A stretch of 63,474 nt of DNA, the filler included, from Chiloscyllium plagiosum (taxonomy: Eukaryota), in the NCBI RefSeq assembly GCF_004010195.1. It is 4 parts of one record of this genome, joined end to end, with 100 filler letters (N's around TTAATTAATTAA, not from the genome) between each part and the next. Parts side by side here need not be neighbours in the genome. Positions count along the whole stretch, not along the records: positions 1 to 21,470 come from NC_057717.1; positions 21,571 to 45,589 come from NC_057717.1; 2 more parts are not named here. One strand, 5' to 3'. The position numbers and the translations under genes were made by a program. Shown piece after piece: positions 11,380 through 23,380 of the stretch. The notes below the pieces were generated by a model. That model was not told the DNA's origin, ran no database searches, and saw only the letters and a program-made list of their open reading frames with translations. Within the stretch, counting starts at the first letter, position 1. Every line of letters begins with the position of its first letter.

Positions 11380-12850
11380 AATCTCTGTAACCTCCTCCCC
11401 TCCCTACAATCCCTCTACATATTTAAATCCTACTCCGATGCTGACTGCCTCCCTGTCACTATAAAATGCTCCAGACCGGATGACCTGCCCTATCTCAGAA
11501 ATCTCCTACACGCGTCGTTACAATAATCCCTCTTTGTGTCATCTTTCACCATACCTACAGACCACCCTGTCACTGTAACATTCTCCAGCCTCAGCCATCT
11601 GCATATCCTCCTCCACCCCCTAGAGCACATGATATCACTGTAACCTTCAATCCCTATGACATTCCTGCCTCCCATCCTACACCACCACAGGACTTCTAAT
11701 AATTTACCATCCTAACAGACCTCCCACTTTATGTAAATTCCTCCAGTCCCTCAAGTTTTCCTACCTGTGTAACCTGCTCCTATCTCAGCAGCCATCCTTG
11801 TGTACAATGACCTGAAGCCACTTTAACCCTCTCAATGTCTGCAATCTCCTCTATCGCTGTGACCTTCTCCCGTCACGACAATGCTCTGTAACTCTACCCC
11901 CTTCAATCACTACTAGACTTCCTATCTCTGTAACCACATGAGGTCACTAAAATCATCTACGTACCTGAAACATTTTCTTTGTTGCTGTATCCAAGCCCAG
12001 TCCCTACAGCTGTCACTTTCTGTAACCTCCTTCAGTCTGAAGAACCATCCAGTGTCTACATCCCTCTGTATTACTAACTTCATCTAATCTCTAAAACCAT
12101 CACCAAAAAACTCACTATCGCAGTAACCTCTTCCACTTCCTCCCTAACTCTGTAAAGCATCCATTTCCTACTGTTCATTCCTGATGAAGGGCTCCAGAGC
12201 GAAACGTTTATGTTTCTGATCCTCGGCTACTGAAAAGGCACAGTGGTCAGGCAACAACACACTTTCGACACTGATCTCCAGCATCTGCAGAGCTCACTTT
12301 CCCCTGGTGGGGCTGAATGGCCCACAACTGCCGCTCTTTCCTGTGTTTCTGTGTAGCACTTCCTGGCTCTGTATCTCTGTCAGTCTCCACTATCTCCGCT
12401 ATCTGTGTAAACTACACAATCGCCAATCACTGGAACTTTATCAGGCTATGGAATACTCCCCATCCGACCAATCTCTTCCCGCCTTTCCAACCCTCCCAAT
12501 CTGATTCCTCTTGCAGCCCTATAACCGCGCCTATCTTTGTAAGTTCATTTAGCCGCTGGAACCCTCCCTATCCCTGGAACATCATATATGATCGCATCCC
12601 TCCGCTTCTCCAATCACTATGGCGGCGCCTGCCTCTGTGATATTATCTCACACACTAACTCCACTTCCTACACTGAAACCCTCACTGTCTCTGTTACCTT
12701 CTGATGCAACCACAGACCTCCCTGTCGGTATGACCTTCTGAAGTTCATCAGTCCACCCTAGTTCTGCAATCTACACCAGCCTCTCGTGCCCTCCTTACCA
12801 CTGTCACCGTTTCCAGTCCCGACACCCCTGTCACTGCTCCAGCAGCTATA
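11380..12850 (+). repeat. Degenerate C/T-rich minisatellite (~33-bp unit, ctctgtaacctcctccagccctacaaccctccctat-like)
   Basis: Recurring tctgtaacctcc/ccctacaa motifs. The unit resembles an L2 LINE 3' segment. A shorter tract lies at about 37860-38020. Confidence 0.7.
12175..12305 (+). mobile_element. Penelope pLTR fragment
   Basis: cattcctgatgaagggctcc..cgaaacgt..ctccagcatctgcag..ctcactttc. Confidence 0.75.
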
Positions 12851-12905
12851 TGACTCCCCATCTGTCAGGCCTACTTGACCAGTACATTCGGCCATTTATC
12901 CACAG

Positions 12906-13850
12906 TAGTTTTTGAAATTCACCAAGGAAATCCATCATGTCTATCAGAAATAAAAATATCCCATCAGAACAGTTGATGAACCTTAAGCGAGTCCCGGAAT
13001 GACGTATGAGTGACATGTACAACTGTAAATTCCTGTCTTTGGAAAAACATTCCATTGAATCCAGTACCATCTGACCCGTGACCAACCATATTCATGTCCC
13101 AGAGGCCAGCTGATGCCCTATGAGGTCGCGTTGCAGCTGGAAGCCCCGGGGACAATTCCCTGAGGTTCAGGCAGGCCTGCAACGGGAAGCATTGATTGTT
13201 CAGCTGACATGGGGACATATCTCTACATTAAACAGACTGGAGGCAAACTTGCCTTCCTTCTACTTAAAATGTAAAACCCATCACCCGAAATCCCTCAGGT
13301 AGGTTTGGGAGCATTTATTCCAGATGTTGGCTAATGATTTCTGTGGACACTTGCATAAAGTTTAACATGGTGAGAAACAATGCTGACAAGATGGATACCC
13401 ATTGGAAGTTTAGCCCAGAGCCTGAAATGCTCGACCAATACTTAACGCAGTGTTTTAAATCTAGCCTGATTACAGTAGAGAAAGACTCCATAAGACGAGG
13501 TTTGTCCGTGTTTCTAATAAAGACAGAAGTGCGATGACAATTGAAACTAAGGAAATGACAGACAGATTGCAGAATTGCTTTGAATATAATAACAGAAAAG
13601 GTAGTTTCCTGGTGACATGGATGAGTTTGCTGGGACTGGAATCAAGCTGTCGCCATCTCTCCATAATGAAAGTCTCAGCCTGCATTTTGATACAGTAAAG
13701 CTGATAGAGGAGAATTGCTAATTCAGTAACTGCAGTCTGAAGCTGAAAGTTGCTGACACCCAGGTTTCAGAATCTTACAGAATATTTTTACACCTGAGAC
13801 GCTATGGTGCATTTCGTCAGCACATTAAGCTGGACATCAAAACATTAATG
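12906..13850 (+). pseudogene. Cluster of decayed IgV-like remnants, including V(J) copy 2 (13535-13850)
   Basis: Acceptor at 12906 gives VVFEIHQ..LMNL..SDMYNCK. ORF 13334 has C..MDTHW. Then IETKEMTDRLQNCFEYNNRKGSFLVTW (C 13576, W 13618), SLKLKVADTQVSES and AFRQHIKLDIK (13809-13841). Confidence 0.42.
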
Positions 13851-15133
13851 ACTTACTATGATTTCTTATCTAAGAATTAGGATTAGACCACTCAAGGTGC
13901 ATGTTCAGAATGACTTCGACACAGTGAGTTTGTCAGATGTTTGGAGCTCTTTTAGACATTCAACAGTGTAAAGCGAATGATTTGTTATCTTTAAATCTGA
14001 GATAGACAGTTTTTATTGCAGCGGAGACAGTCACACTCCATAGATTAACAATTTCAAATCAGTCAGTGATCAAGGACAGAAAGATGTGACTGTGAGTGAG
14101 GTAGATAGAGGGAACCAGAGGGTAGTACTGAAGGTGTCTCAGTCCTTCAGCTGAACAGGTTTGAGGTACTTGCTCCCTGTGTGATTAACATAGCAAATAG
14201 AACAGTCCAGTGCAGAACAAGCCCTTCGGCCCCCAATGTTGTACCGACTTGTGAACTGATCTAAGCTCATCCGCCTACACTATCCCAGCATCGTCGATAT
14301 GCTTATCCAAGGATTGCCTAAATGCCCCTGAAGTGCGATGACAATTGAAACTAAGGAAATGACAGACAGATTGTAGAATTGCTTTGAATATAATAACAGA
14401 AAAGGTAGTTTCCTGGTGACATGGATGAGTTTGCTGGGACTGGAATCAAGCTGTCGCCATCTCTCCATAATGAAAGTCTCAGCCTGTATTTTGATACAGT
14501 AAAGCTGATAGAGGAGAATTGCTAATTCAGTAACTGCAGTCTGAAGCTGAAAGTTGCTGACACCCAGGTTTCAGAATCTTACAGAATATTTTTACACCTG
14601 AGACTCTATGGTGCATTTCGTCAGCACATTAAGCTGGACATCAAAACATTAATGACTTACTATGATTTCTTATCTAAGAATTAGGATTAGACCACTCAAG
14701 GTGCATGTTCAGAATGACTTCGACACAGTGAGTTTGTCAGATGTTTGGAGCTCTTTTAGACATTTAGCAGTGTAAAGCGAATGATTTGTTATCTTTAAAT
14801 CTGAGATAGACAGTTTTTATTGCAGCGGAGACAGTCACACTCCATAGATTAACAATTTCAAATCAGTCAGTGATCAAGGACAGAAAGATGTGACTGTGAG
14901 TGAGGTAGATAGAGGGAACCAGAGGGTAGTACTGAAGGTGTCTCAGTCCTTCAGCTGAACAGGTTTGAGGTACTTGCTCCCTGTGTGATTAACATAGCAA
15001 ATAGAATAGTCCAGTGCAGAACAAGCCCTTCGGCCCCCAATGTTGCACCGACTTGTGAACTGATCTAAGCTCATCCGCCTACACTATCCCAGCATCGTCG
15101 ATATGCTTATCCAAGGATTGCCTAAATGCCCCT
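13526..15133. repeat. 804-bp near-perfect tandem duplication (13526-14329 / 14330-15133)
   Basis: gaagtgcgatgac...aaatgcccct x2 with a handful of substitutions. Contains the V(J) relic, a CR1 ORF1 piece and a minus-strand CR1 tail. Confidence 0.97.
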
Positions 15134-15875
15134 AATGTGGCTGAGTTGACTACATTAGGAGGCAAGTCATTCCACGCACGTACCACTCTCTGAGTAATGA
15201 ACTTGCGGCTGACAACTGCCTGAAGTCTATCACTGGTCAATTTGCAACTGTGCCCTCTCGTACTAGCTGACGTCATCATCCTCGTAAAAATGTCTAAAAC
15301 TTTCTTTACTACTTCATCCTCAGGTCATCTTGTATGCCTCTAACAAATTCCCTCTGAGCCTTCTTCTCCCCAGTGAGAACAGAAACAAGTCTCTCAGCCT
15401 TTCCACATAAGACCTTCCATCCAGATCAGGCAAATTCCTGTGAAATCTCCTTTGCACATTTTCCAATGCTTCCACATCCTTCCTATAGTGGGGGTTCAGA
15501 AGTATCCACAATATTCCAAACGCATTAGCGTTTGGTAGAGTTGCAGAATGACATTATGGCTCCGTAACTCAATCCTTCTAACAATAAAACCTGACACAAT
15601 GTATGCCTTCTTATCTGCCCTATCGACCTGTATGCCAAGTTTCAGGGATCTATGTACATGGACTCCAAGATTACTCTGTTCACCAACACGACCAAGAATA
15701 TTTTCATTGACCCAATATTCTGCCTTCCTGTTATTCTTCCTGAAGTGGATCACTCAGATTTATCTGCATTGAACTCCTTTTGCAACCATTCAGTCCAAAC
15801 CTGCAGTTTATCCAAGTCCCCCTGCAAACTACATCATTCTTCCACACTGTCCATGACTCCACCGACTTTCGTGTC
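14990..15875 (-). mobile_element. CR1 3' portion
   Basis: ORFs 15079-15753 encode the ORF2 C-terminus (HYRKDVEALENVQRRF, FITQRVVRAWN). Confidence 0.9.
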
Positions 15876-15877
15876 AT

Positions 15878-18800
15878 GGAACATAGAACACAATGCAGCG
15901 CAGAACACGCGGTTCGGCCCTCAATCTTGCCCCGACCTGTGAACTAATCTATCCTCATCCCCTTACCCAGTCTCATCATCATCCATGTGCTTACCCAAGG
16001 ATTATTTAAATTTCCGTAATGTGGCTGAGTTAACTACATTAGCAGGCAGGGCATTCCAAGTCCTTCACTCTCTGAGTTAAGAGCCTGTGTCTGACATCTG
16101 TCTTAAATTTATCAACTCTCAATTTGTAGTTATTCACCCTCATACAGTCTGACGTCATCATCCTAGGAGAACTATTTTCACTGTCTACCCTATATCATCC
16201 TCTGATCATCATATATGTCTCTATCAAATCCATTTTAGCCTCCGTCTTGAGAACAGAACGCAATCTCTCAGCCTTTCCTCATGAGACCTTCCCTTCAAAC
16301 CACGCAACACCCTGGTAAACCTCCTCTGCAAATTTTCCAGTGCTTCGAAATCCTTCTGGTAATGGGGCGAACAGAATTGCACACAGTGTTCCAAGTGCAG
16401 CTGCACTAGCGTTTTGTATAGTTGTAGCACGACATTATGGCTCTGGAAATCAATCCCTCTAGTAATAAAACCGAACACAATATATGCCATCTTAACAGTA
16501 CTATCAACCTGGGTGGCAACTTTCAGGAATCTGTGTACATGGACTCCAGGAATACTATGCCCATTCACACTCCCAAGAATATTTCCATTGATCCAGTTTT
16601 CAGCCTTCTTCTTAGTTTTCCCAAAGTGAATCACCTCAAATTTAGCTGCATTGAACTCGAATTGCACCTCTCAAACTAATTCTACAGTTTATGCAAGTAC
16701 CCCTGCAACTTGCAACCATCTTCCACATTCTCCGCTACTCCACTGACTTTACCGTCATCTGTAAACTTACAAACCCATCCACCTATGCCTACGTCCAAGT
16801 CATTATAAAAATGACAAACAGCAGTGGTCCCAAAAGCGATCCTGTATTTACTCCACCCCAGCCTACAATGTGGAACGTTATCAAAAGCTTTACTGAAGTC
16901 CATGTACACTACTTCAACTGCTCTACCCTCATCCACATGCTTCGTCACATTCGCCAAATTCTCAATGAGTTTTGTAAGAAATGACTTGCCCTTGACAATA
17001 CCATATTGACTATCTGCAATCAAGTTATTACTTGCAAGATGATTATAAATACCAGCTTTAAAATTCTTTCCAAACTTTTTTCCTACAACAGTTGTATGGC
17101 TCACTGGTCTATAATTACCTGGGTTATCTCTACTGCCTTTTTGTATAAGAGTGCAATGTTGGCAATTCTCCACTAATCTCGTACTAAACATATAAACAAT
17201 GACTGCACAAAGTGCAACGCTAAAGGCTACAACATCTACCCCAGCTTCTCCCAGAATCCTCGGATCAATTCCATCTGGGCCAGGGGACTTGTATTCTTCC
17301 AGTACTTCTTGAATTGCTAACACCTCCTCCTTACTCAACTCGATTCTTTCTCGTCTAATATCCCACATCAAACTTTTCTCCACTACAATATTCTCCTTTT
17401 TCCGAGTGAAAACAGTTGAGGAATATTCATTTAGCACGTCTCCAATCTCCAATGTGTTCACACAAACCTTCTCGATTCTGTCTTTGACTGGCCCTATCCC
17501 TACCCTAGTCATCCTTTTATAACTCAAATACCTATAGAAAGCTTTCGGGATCTACGTTATTGTACCTGACAAAGACTGCTTACCTGATCTCATTGTTCCT
17601 CTTATGTCTGTCTTTAAATACTTATAAGCCAATCTGTAACTCTCCAGCGCCTCATCTGAACCATCTCGTCTCAACGTCACATAAGCCTCCTTCTTCCACT
17701 GAACAAGACATGTAATTTATTTAGTAAGCAACGTAACCATACATTATAACTTTCTCCCTGCCTTATCGAGGCATAACTATCAATGATACACAATATGTTT
17801 CTTGAATCAGCAGCACATTTCGATTGTCCCATCACCTTAATTTTGCTACCCCATTCTATGCATCCGAAGTCCTACCTAATAGCATTATAGTTGCCCTTCT
17901 CTCATCTATTACTCTTGCCCTGTGGTATGTACCTATTGCTTTCTATTGCTAAACTAACCGCAATTGAATTATGGTCACTTTTTCCAAAGTGCTCGCCTAA
18001 CACTAACTCAAACATCTGGTCTGGTACATTACTAAGCACCAGAACTAGTGTAGCGGCCCCGCTTGTCGGTTCTTCAACATACTGTGTCAGGAAACCCTCC
18101 TCCACACAGGAGACAAAAACCAATCCAACCGATGTACCAGAGGTATCGCTGTGAGGCAGCAGTGCTAACCACTGGGCCACCGTGCCGCCCACAAGACTAA
18201 GCACCAGAACTAGTGTAGCGGCCCCGCTTGTCGGTTCTTCGACATACTGTGTCAGGAAACCCTCCTCCACACAGGAGACAAAAACCAATCCAACCGATGT
18301 ACCAGAGGTATAGCGTTTCCATTCAATCTGAGGACGTTAGAGTCCCCAGAATGACCAAACTATTCCTTTCACTGCTACCCAGAATCGTTTGGCTGAACCA
18401 TTCCTCCGCATCCCTGGAAGTCTGTGGAGGTCTAAAGAAAATTTCCAGCGGTGTGGCCTCGTCTGTCCTGTTCCTTACCTTATCCCACACCACCTCAGTA
18501 GACGTATCCTTGTCAAGATTACTTTGAGCTACCGTTATGCTGTCCTTGAATAACAAAGCCACACCTCCCCATGTTTAAACATCTCCCCTGTTCTCAATGA
18601 AGTTTCCAATTCCTGGAAACTGTAACTCCCATTCCTGANNNNNNNNNNNNNNNNNNNNNNNNNNNNNNNNNNNNNNNNNNNNNNNNNNNNNNNNNNNNNN
18701 NNGGGTAACAATCCAAAGATAACAACACTGTTTGTTCTAGCTCTGAGCTCCCACCCAAGCTCCCTGAAATTCTGCCTTTCATTCATATCCCTCTTTCAAC

Positions 18801-19150
18801 TTATGTCTTTCGTACTTACATGGAACCGATTTGGAGCTGGTCACTCTCACCCTTGAGGACCGCAAAGACACGATCTGAGACAACACGGACCATTGCACCA
18901 GACGCAACACACAAAGCATACGTCTCGTGCCTTCCACACAAACCTTCTCACTGGCCCGCTCACTATTGTGTCCCCAATGACTAAAAACTCTCCTCTTTTC
19001 ACCTTCGTTTCTATGCAATAGGGGCAGATTCTGCCCTGAACACTAACACTAACGGCATTCTTGTTTTTGTTTTCAGCGGAAAGACATCAGGAGATCCATG
19101 CACTAACTGTTTCCCGCCCTTCGAACAGTTACCCAGCTTTCTTCGTGGCT
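15878..19150 (-). mobile_element. Near full-length decayed CR1 (ORF1 remnant, APE endonuclease, RT, 3' UTR)
   Basis: KSPGPDGIDPRIL, PGNYRPVS, VYMDFSKAFDNVPH, FLTQYVEEPT, SDHN, VVIFGLLP. Confidence 0.92.
18031..18311. repeat. 116-bp direct repeat flanking a 49-bp antisense HE1-SINE tRNA-head fragment (18147-18195)
   Basis: actaagcacc...gaggtat at 18031-18146 and 18196-18311. The spacer's reverse complement gggcggcacggtggcccagtggttagcactgctgcctcacagcg is a SINE 5' end. Confidence 0.9.
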
Positions 19151-20099
19151 GTTAGAACGTTGGCTGCTTGGACGATGAACAAACTGAGGACACAAATGTG
19201 GTAGAGTGGGCGATTCAAGAGGATGGAGTGAAGAAAAATGTCGGTATAATCGAGGATAGCAGATGCCAGGAAACAGAGACTCTTTCCCATTGTCTAAATC
19301 AAATTTCCCGATGGCTGTGTTGCCTGCCTGAAGCCCGCTTTCAGGATATTCTTCTGGGCTGCAGAGGAACTTGGTTTGGGTGAGGAACGATACCGTTGTT
19401 GACATTGGTGGAAAGAGTAACGAGTTTCTGCTGATGGAATTTAGTTTGTGCTAAATTAGAAAACAGATACAAATCGGTATAACCTCTGGATCCATAAATA
19501 AATCGGCACAAGATCAGCAAGATTAGCGAGGTAAATGTGTGATTGAAAGATTGGTATGGGAGAAATACATGTTATTTATTTAGATATTGGGGTCAGAACT
19601 GACGATGGATGGAACTGTTGGAATAGGACAGTTCCCACCTGCATGATGTTGTGACCAAAGCCCTTGAGAATCTCATAACTGGGGTCGGTTTATAGCACTG
19701 TAAAACAAACTATGAGTGTTGTTTTCAATTGCATCGACAATTATGTGCAAAACTTCAAGAAGTGGAGGGCTTTGCACGGGTTAAGGGTTCCACAACAAGT
19801 AATAGGACAGAAAATATGGAAAGAAATCTATTTCCAGAACAGCAATTCAGGGTACAATTCTGAGAAGAGGAGCAGTCACGGCATGCGTGGGTGTGTTGTA
19901 GCTAAACAGACACAGTATATGAAAAAAAGATAAACGAGTTTGAAGCATAGTTTGAAATTGGCAGGTATGTTATTTTTGTGTGTATCACAGAGACGTGGTT
20001 GCAAGGGGATCAGCTGGGAGAAACTGAGGACTGCAGATGCTGGAGATGCTGCAAGGGGATAAGGCCTGGGAGACCACTACCAGTGCAACGGATAGAGTA

Positions 20100-20812
20100 G
20101 ATAACATTTGTTGCTCACGACGTGGCCTCCCCTACATCGGCAAACAGAACACCAAATTGTGAATCGTTACAGGGAAAACTCTGGGACACCTGCATCAACC
20201 ACACTGTTACTGATCAATTCAAATCCCTTTTCCACTCCACCACGGACATGTATATTCTGGGCCTACTCTATCGCCAAACACTAACTACCTGGTACGCCTA
20301 CACCAAACACACCGCCCGTTACTGAACAATTCAAATCCCCTTTCCACTGCATCAAGGACATGCAGAGTCTGGGCCTACTCCATCGCCAAACACAAACTAC
20401 CTGACACTTGGCCAAAAGACGCCTCATCTTCCGGTGCTCCACCCTGCAACCCCACGAGATTTCACCTGTTTTATCAATTCCACTCCCTGAAACCTATCCC
20501 AAACCTCCAACTCGATACTGCCATTTTCACCTGTTCATCATCTTTCACATCTATCCGCTCCACCGTCCTCTCCACCCATCACGTTCTCCCGCACCTTCAT
20601 CCACTTTCTGCATTCTCAGCTATCTTGCCCCCAGCCCCACTCGTCTCCCAATTATCTCTCAGCTTCCTTGCCCATAAGCTTTATTCGTGATTAAGGGATT
20701 ATGACTGAAAAGTCGATTCTCCTGATATTCGGGTGCTTCCTGACATGCTGCACTTTTTCAGAGCCACACTTTTGATTTTGATCTCTAGGATCTGCAGTCC
20801 TCACTTTCCTCA
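20100..20812 (+). mobile_element. Penelope-like element 3' part with an internal ~110-bp duplication
   Basis: CCS.RGLPYIG, RLIFRCSTLQPH; ends in pLTR (gatctgcagtcctcactttc). Confidence 0.85.
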
Positions 20813-20963
20813 TAAGATCTGCAAAGTGCAACACACAATGGACAGTCATTATAGTTGATCCATTTGGAGTGATGAGTGTACCAATTGAAACAGGAAAACC
20901 CGTCTTCAGCATCAACATTGTGTTTGGCTCCACCTGGTCACCGTCACCTCTGACAAACCGCCA

Positions 20964-21021
20964 ATGACTTTCCCTTTCCTGATGTCTGCTCTGTTCTTGT
21001 TTCAAGCCGATTGCACATCAG
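20964..21021 (+). CDS. Signal-peptide (leader) exon, apparently intact, downstream exons not seen
   Basis: ATG...: MTFPFLMSALFLFQADCTS + G|gtaatt; 58 nt with a phase-1 donor, as typical of IgSF leader exons. Confidence 0.45.
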
Positions 21022-21099
21022 GTAATTGCAGTTGACACTGATGATGTCGGACTTTAACATGCAGGGAAGTCATTCCGATGCTTTCCTTGAATGGTCAGT

Positions 21100-21470
21100 G
21101 CAGTAAGTATAGAATAAATAGATTATCTTGCAGCAGTGCAGGGAGTATAGAGAAAAGTGGATGTTTTGCGGCAGTACAGGACGTAGGTTTGACTGCATTG
21201 TAACATTGTGTGCAACTCCAGTCTGCCTCCTGTAGAAATGATGAGCAAACGTTGAAAGAGTTCCAAAATGATTTAGAAGGATGTTGCCAGTGTTGGAGGT
21301 TTTGAGCTATAGGGAGGGGATGAGTATGCTGTGGCTGTTTTTTCTGGAGAGTCAGAGGCTGAGGGATGCACTTAAAGATATTCATAAAATCATGAGGTGC
21401 ATGGATGGTATAAATAGATAAGTTCTTATCCCTGGGGTAGGGCTAGTCCAGAATTAGAGGCCAGAGATTT
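21100..21470 (+). mobile_element. CR1 ORF2 3' fragment
   Basis: Decayed aaggatgttgccagtgttggagg..gagctataggga..tccagaattagagg. Confidence 0.8.
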
Positions 21471-21570
21471 NNNNNNNNNNNNNNNNNNNNNNNNNNNNNN
21501 NNNNNNNNNNNNNNTTAATTAATTAANNNNNNNNNNNNNNNNNNNNNNNNNNNNNNNNNNNNNNNNNNNN
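21471..21570. other. Artificial scaffold-join linker (44 N + TTAATTAATTAA + 44 N)
   Basis: Exactly 100 bp; the 12-mer gives stops in all six frames; identical at 45590 and 60619. Confidence 0.95.
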
Positions 21571-21644
21571 TAGATGTCTGGTTTCTTTCAATCATTCAGG
21601 GGGGACTTCTGCATGTAGCTGTACACATGATCAGCGGAGGCTGA

Positions 21645-22800
21645 CTCCATTCTCCCAGTTTCTCCGTCTCTGTTGTTTCTGTTTGATGACGCCACATTCC
21701 AGTGAACTGCTTGTGATGTGACCTCCTTTTCCTTCAAATCAGAAATCCGCTATTTCCGGTGGACAGGGCCTCCAGCTGTGACTATCCCATCTCCCATGCT
21801 TCTGCCCTCACTCCGTCCCCTTCTTCCCAGAACAATGATAGATCTCCCCTCGTCCTCACTTCTACCGTACTAGAATCCACATTCACAGAATCATCTTTCG
21901 CCACTTCCACCATCTCCAATGGGACAGCACCATTAAACACATCTTTCCCTCTTGACCACTGACAGCATTACATAGGGACCATTTCTTCTGTGACACCATC
22001 CATCATCCCGAACACTTCGCAACTGCCCCAATGACACCTTCCCATGCAATTACAGAAGCTGCAACACTTGCCCATTCACCTTTCCCTCCTCACTGTCCAA
22101 GACCCCAAACATACCTTTCTGCTGAAGTAGCATTTCACTTTTACTCTCTCAATCCGGTCTCCTGTCATTGCTGCTCACAACGCTGTCTCCTTTACACTGG
22201 GGAGACCAAACAGAGACTGGTTCGCGGACCACTTTCACTCTGTCTGTAGGAATAACCCTGAGCCTCTCATTGATTCTCATTTCAATAACCGACCTTGCGC
22301 TCATCCTAACATTTCGGTCCTGAGCTGCTGCAATGTTCCAGTGAAACACTACCCAAGCTGTAGTAACACCGAACTTTACACTTTGATTTGTCACAGCCTG
22401 CACGAGTTAATACACAATTCCAAATTCACAGCCTGATTCCATTAAGGCTGTTCGCCATTTTTCATATATTCTACTTCTTGGACTCCCAATTATCTCGTCT
22501 GCGTCTTTTTTTTTTATCCTGCACACAATAGAGACAACCCATTTCTGCCATCCACACTTTAATTTATACCAATTTTATATCTGTTTCTCTTTCACCACAT
22601 TTAAAAGCCCATCCCTCTGTGCCATTGCGTCTCCACATGCTCTGTTTCCTATCATCCCTCGTCCACTTTTGCCAAGGCATTAAGCAGCCCTTTTCAGTTC
22701 TGAACAAGGGCCACGCTGAACTTGAAACACTATCTCTGTTTCTCTGTCTCCACAGATGCTGACAGATCTGCTGCGTTTCTCCAGAAATTTCTGGTTTTGA
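21645..22800 (+). mobile_element. Penelope-like element (RT C-terminus, GIY-YIG, pLTR), decayed
   Basis: SQFLRL-like start, NDRSPLVLT, CCSQRCLLYTGETK; pLTR end ctccacagatgctgacagatctgctg. Confidence 0.85.
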
Positions 22801-23034
22801 ACATGTTCAAAGGTATATTTCAAAGCTGCTCAAATGTCCTGACCCACGTAGATTGCCATACACTGGGAAGTGAAAAAAAAAGATACACAAATATCTTGGT
22901 TCTGAAACTACATAAGACTGGAATCATTGACACGACAGAGTTCATATTAGAAGCCATGGAGAGAACAGAGTGAAGCAAATTCAATTTAAACACCGAAAAT
23001 GGCATAACTGCAAGGGAAAACGTTCAGATGAATC

Positions 23035-23322
23035 TTAGAATTAGAATCGCTCCAGTGTGGAAACAGGCCCTTCAGCCCGACAAGTCCACATCAATCGCCT
23101 GAAGAGTAAACCAAGCACATCCATTTTCTTATCTTATATTTACCCCTGATTTATGCACCTAACCTAGAAATGTTTGGTTTTGTGGGAGGGAACCAAAGTA
23201 CTCAGAGGAATCCCACAGAGAGAATGCACAAGTTCCACAAATACGGTCACTGGACGATGGAATCAAACCTGGGTCCCTAGCGCTGTGAGGCAGCAGCACT
23301 AAACACTGAGCCATGTGCTACC
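23035..23322 (-). mobile_element. HE1-type V-SINE
   Basis: Reverse complement of the 25858 element (tRNA head cgctgtgaggcagcagcact, tail ggaaacaggccc). Absent from the paralog at about 55630. Confidence 0.85.
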
Positions 23323-23380
23323 TCAGGGAATATGTTTTGGAGTTTTGAAAAACATGACAAGTAAGAGGTGTGACACAACA

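Larger units (their letters stand above)
14820..20010 (+). mobile_element. CR1 ORF1/endonuclease start (14820-14990 + 19155-20010), split by a ~4.2-kb antisense CR1 insertion
   Basis: Homologous to 5575-6226; ctccctgtgtgat at about 14989 resumes as gaacgttggctgc at about 19155. KNVGIIEDS..LCCLPEAR, then ITETW-like sequence near 19985. Confidence 0.8.

Noticed and set aside
10698..13927. CACAGTG heptamers (~10698, ~10914, ~13920) as RSS
   Set aside because: No ACAAAAACC-like nonamer at 12- or 23-bp spacing. The perfect nonamers at ~18113 and ~18278 lie inside CR1 with no correctly spaced heptamer.
16682..17527. 281-aa RT-like ORF (also 26768-27448) as an active reverse transcriptase
   Set aside because: Frameshifted, internally deleted CR1 ORF2 with a degraded catalytic motif.
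21515..21526. TTAATTAATTAA palindrome as a biological motif
   Set aside because: Always centred in 44 N + 44 N; it is an assembly linker.
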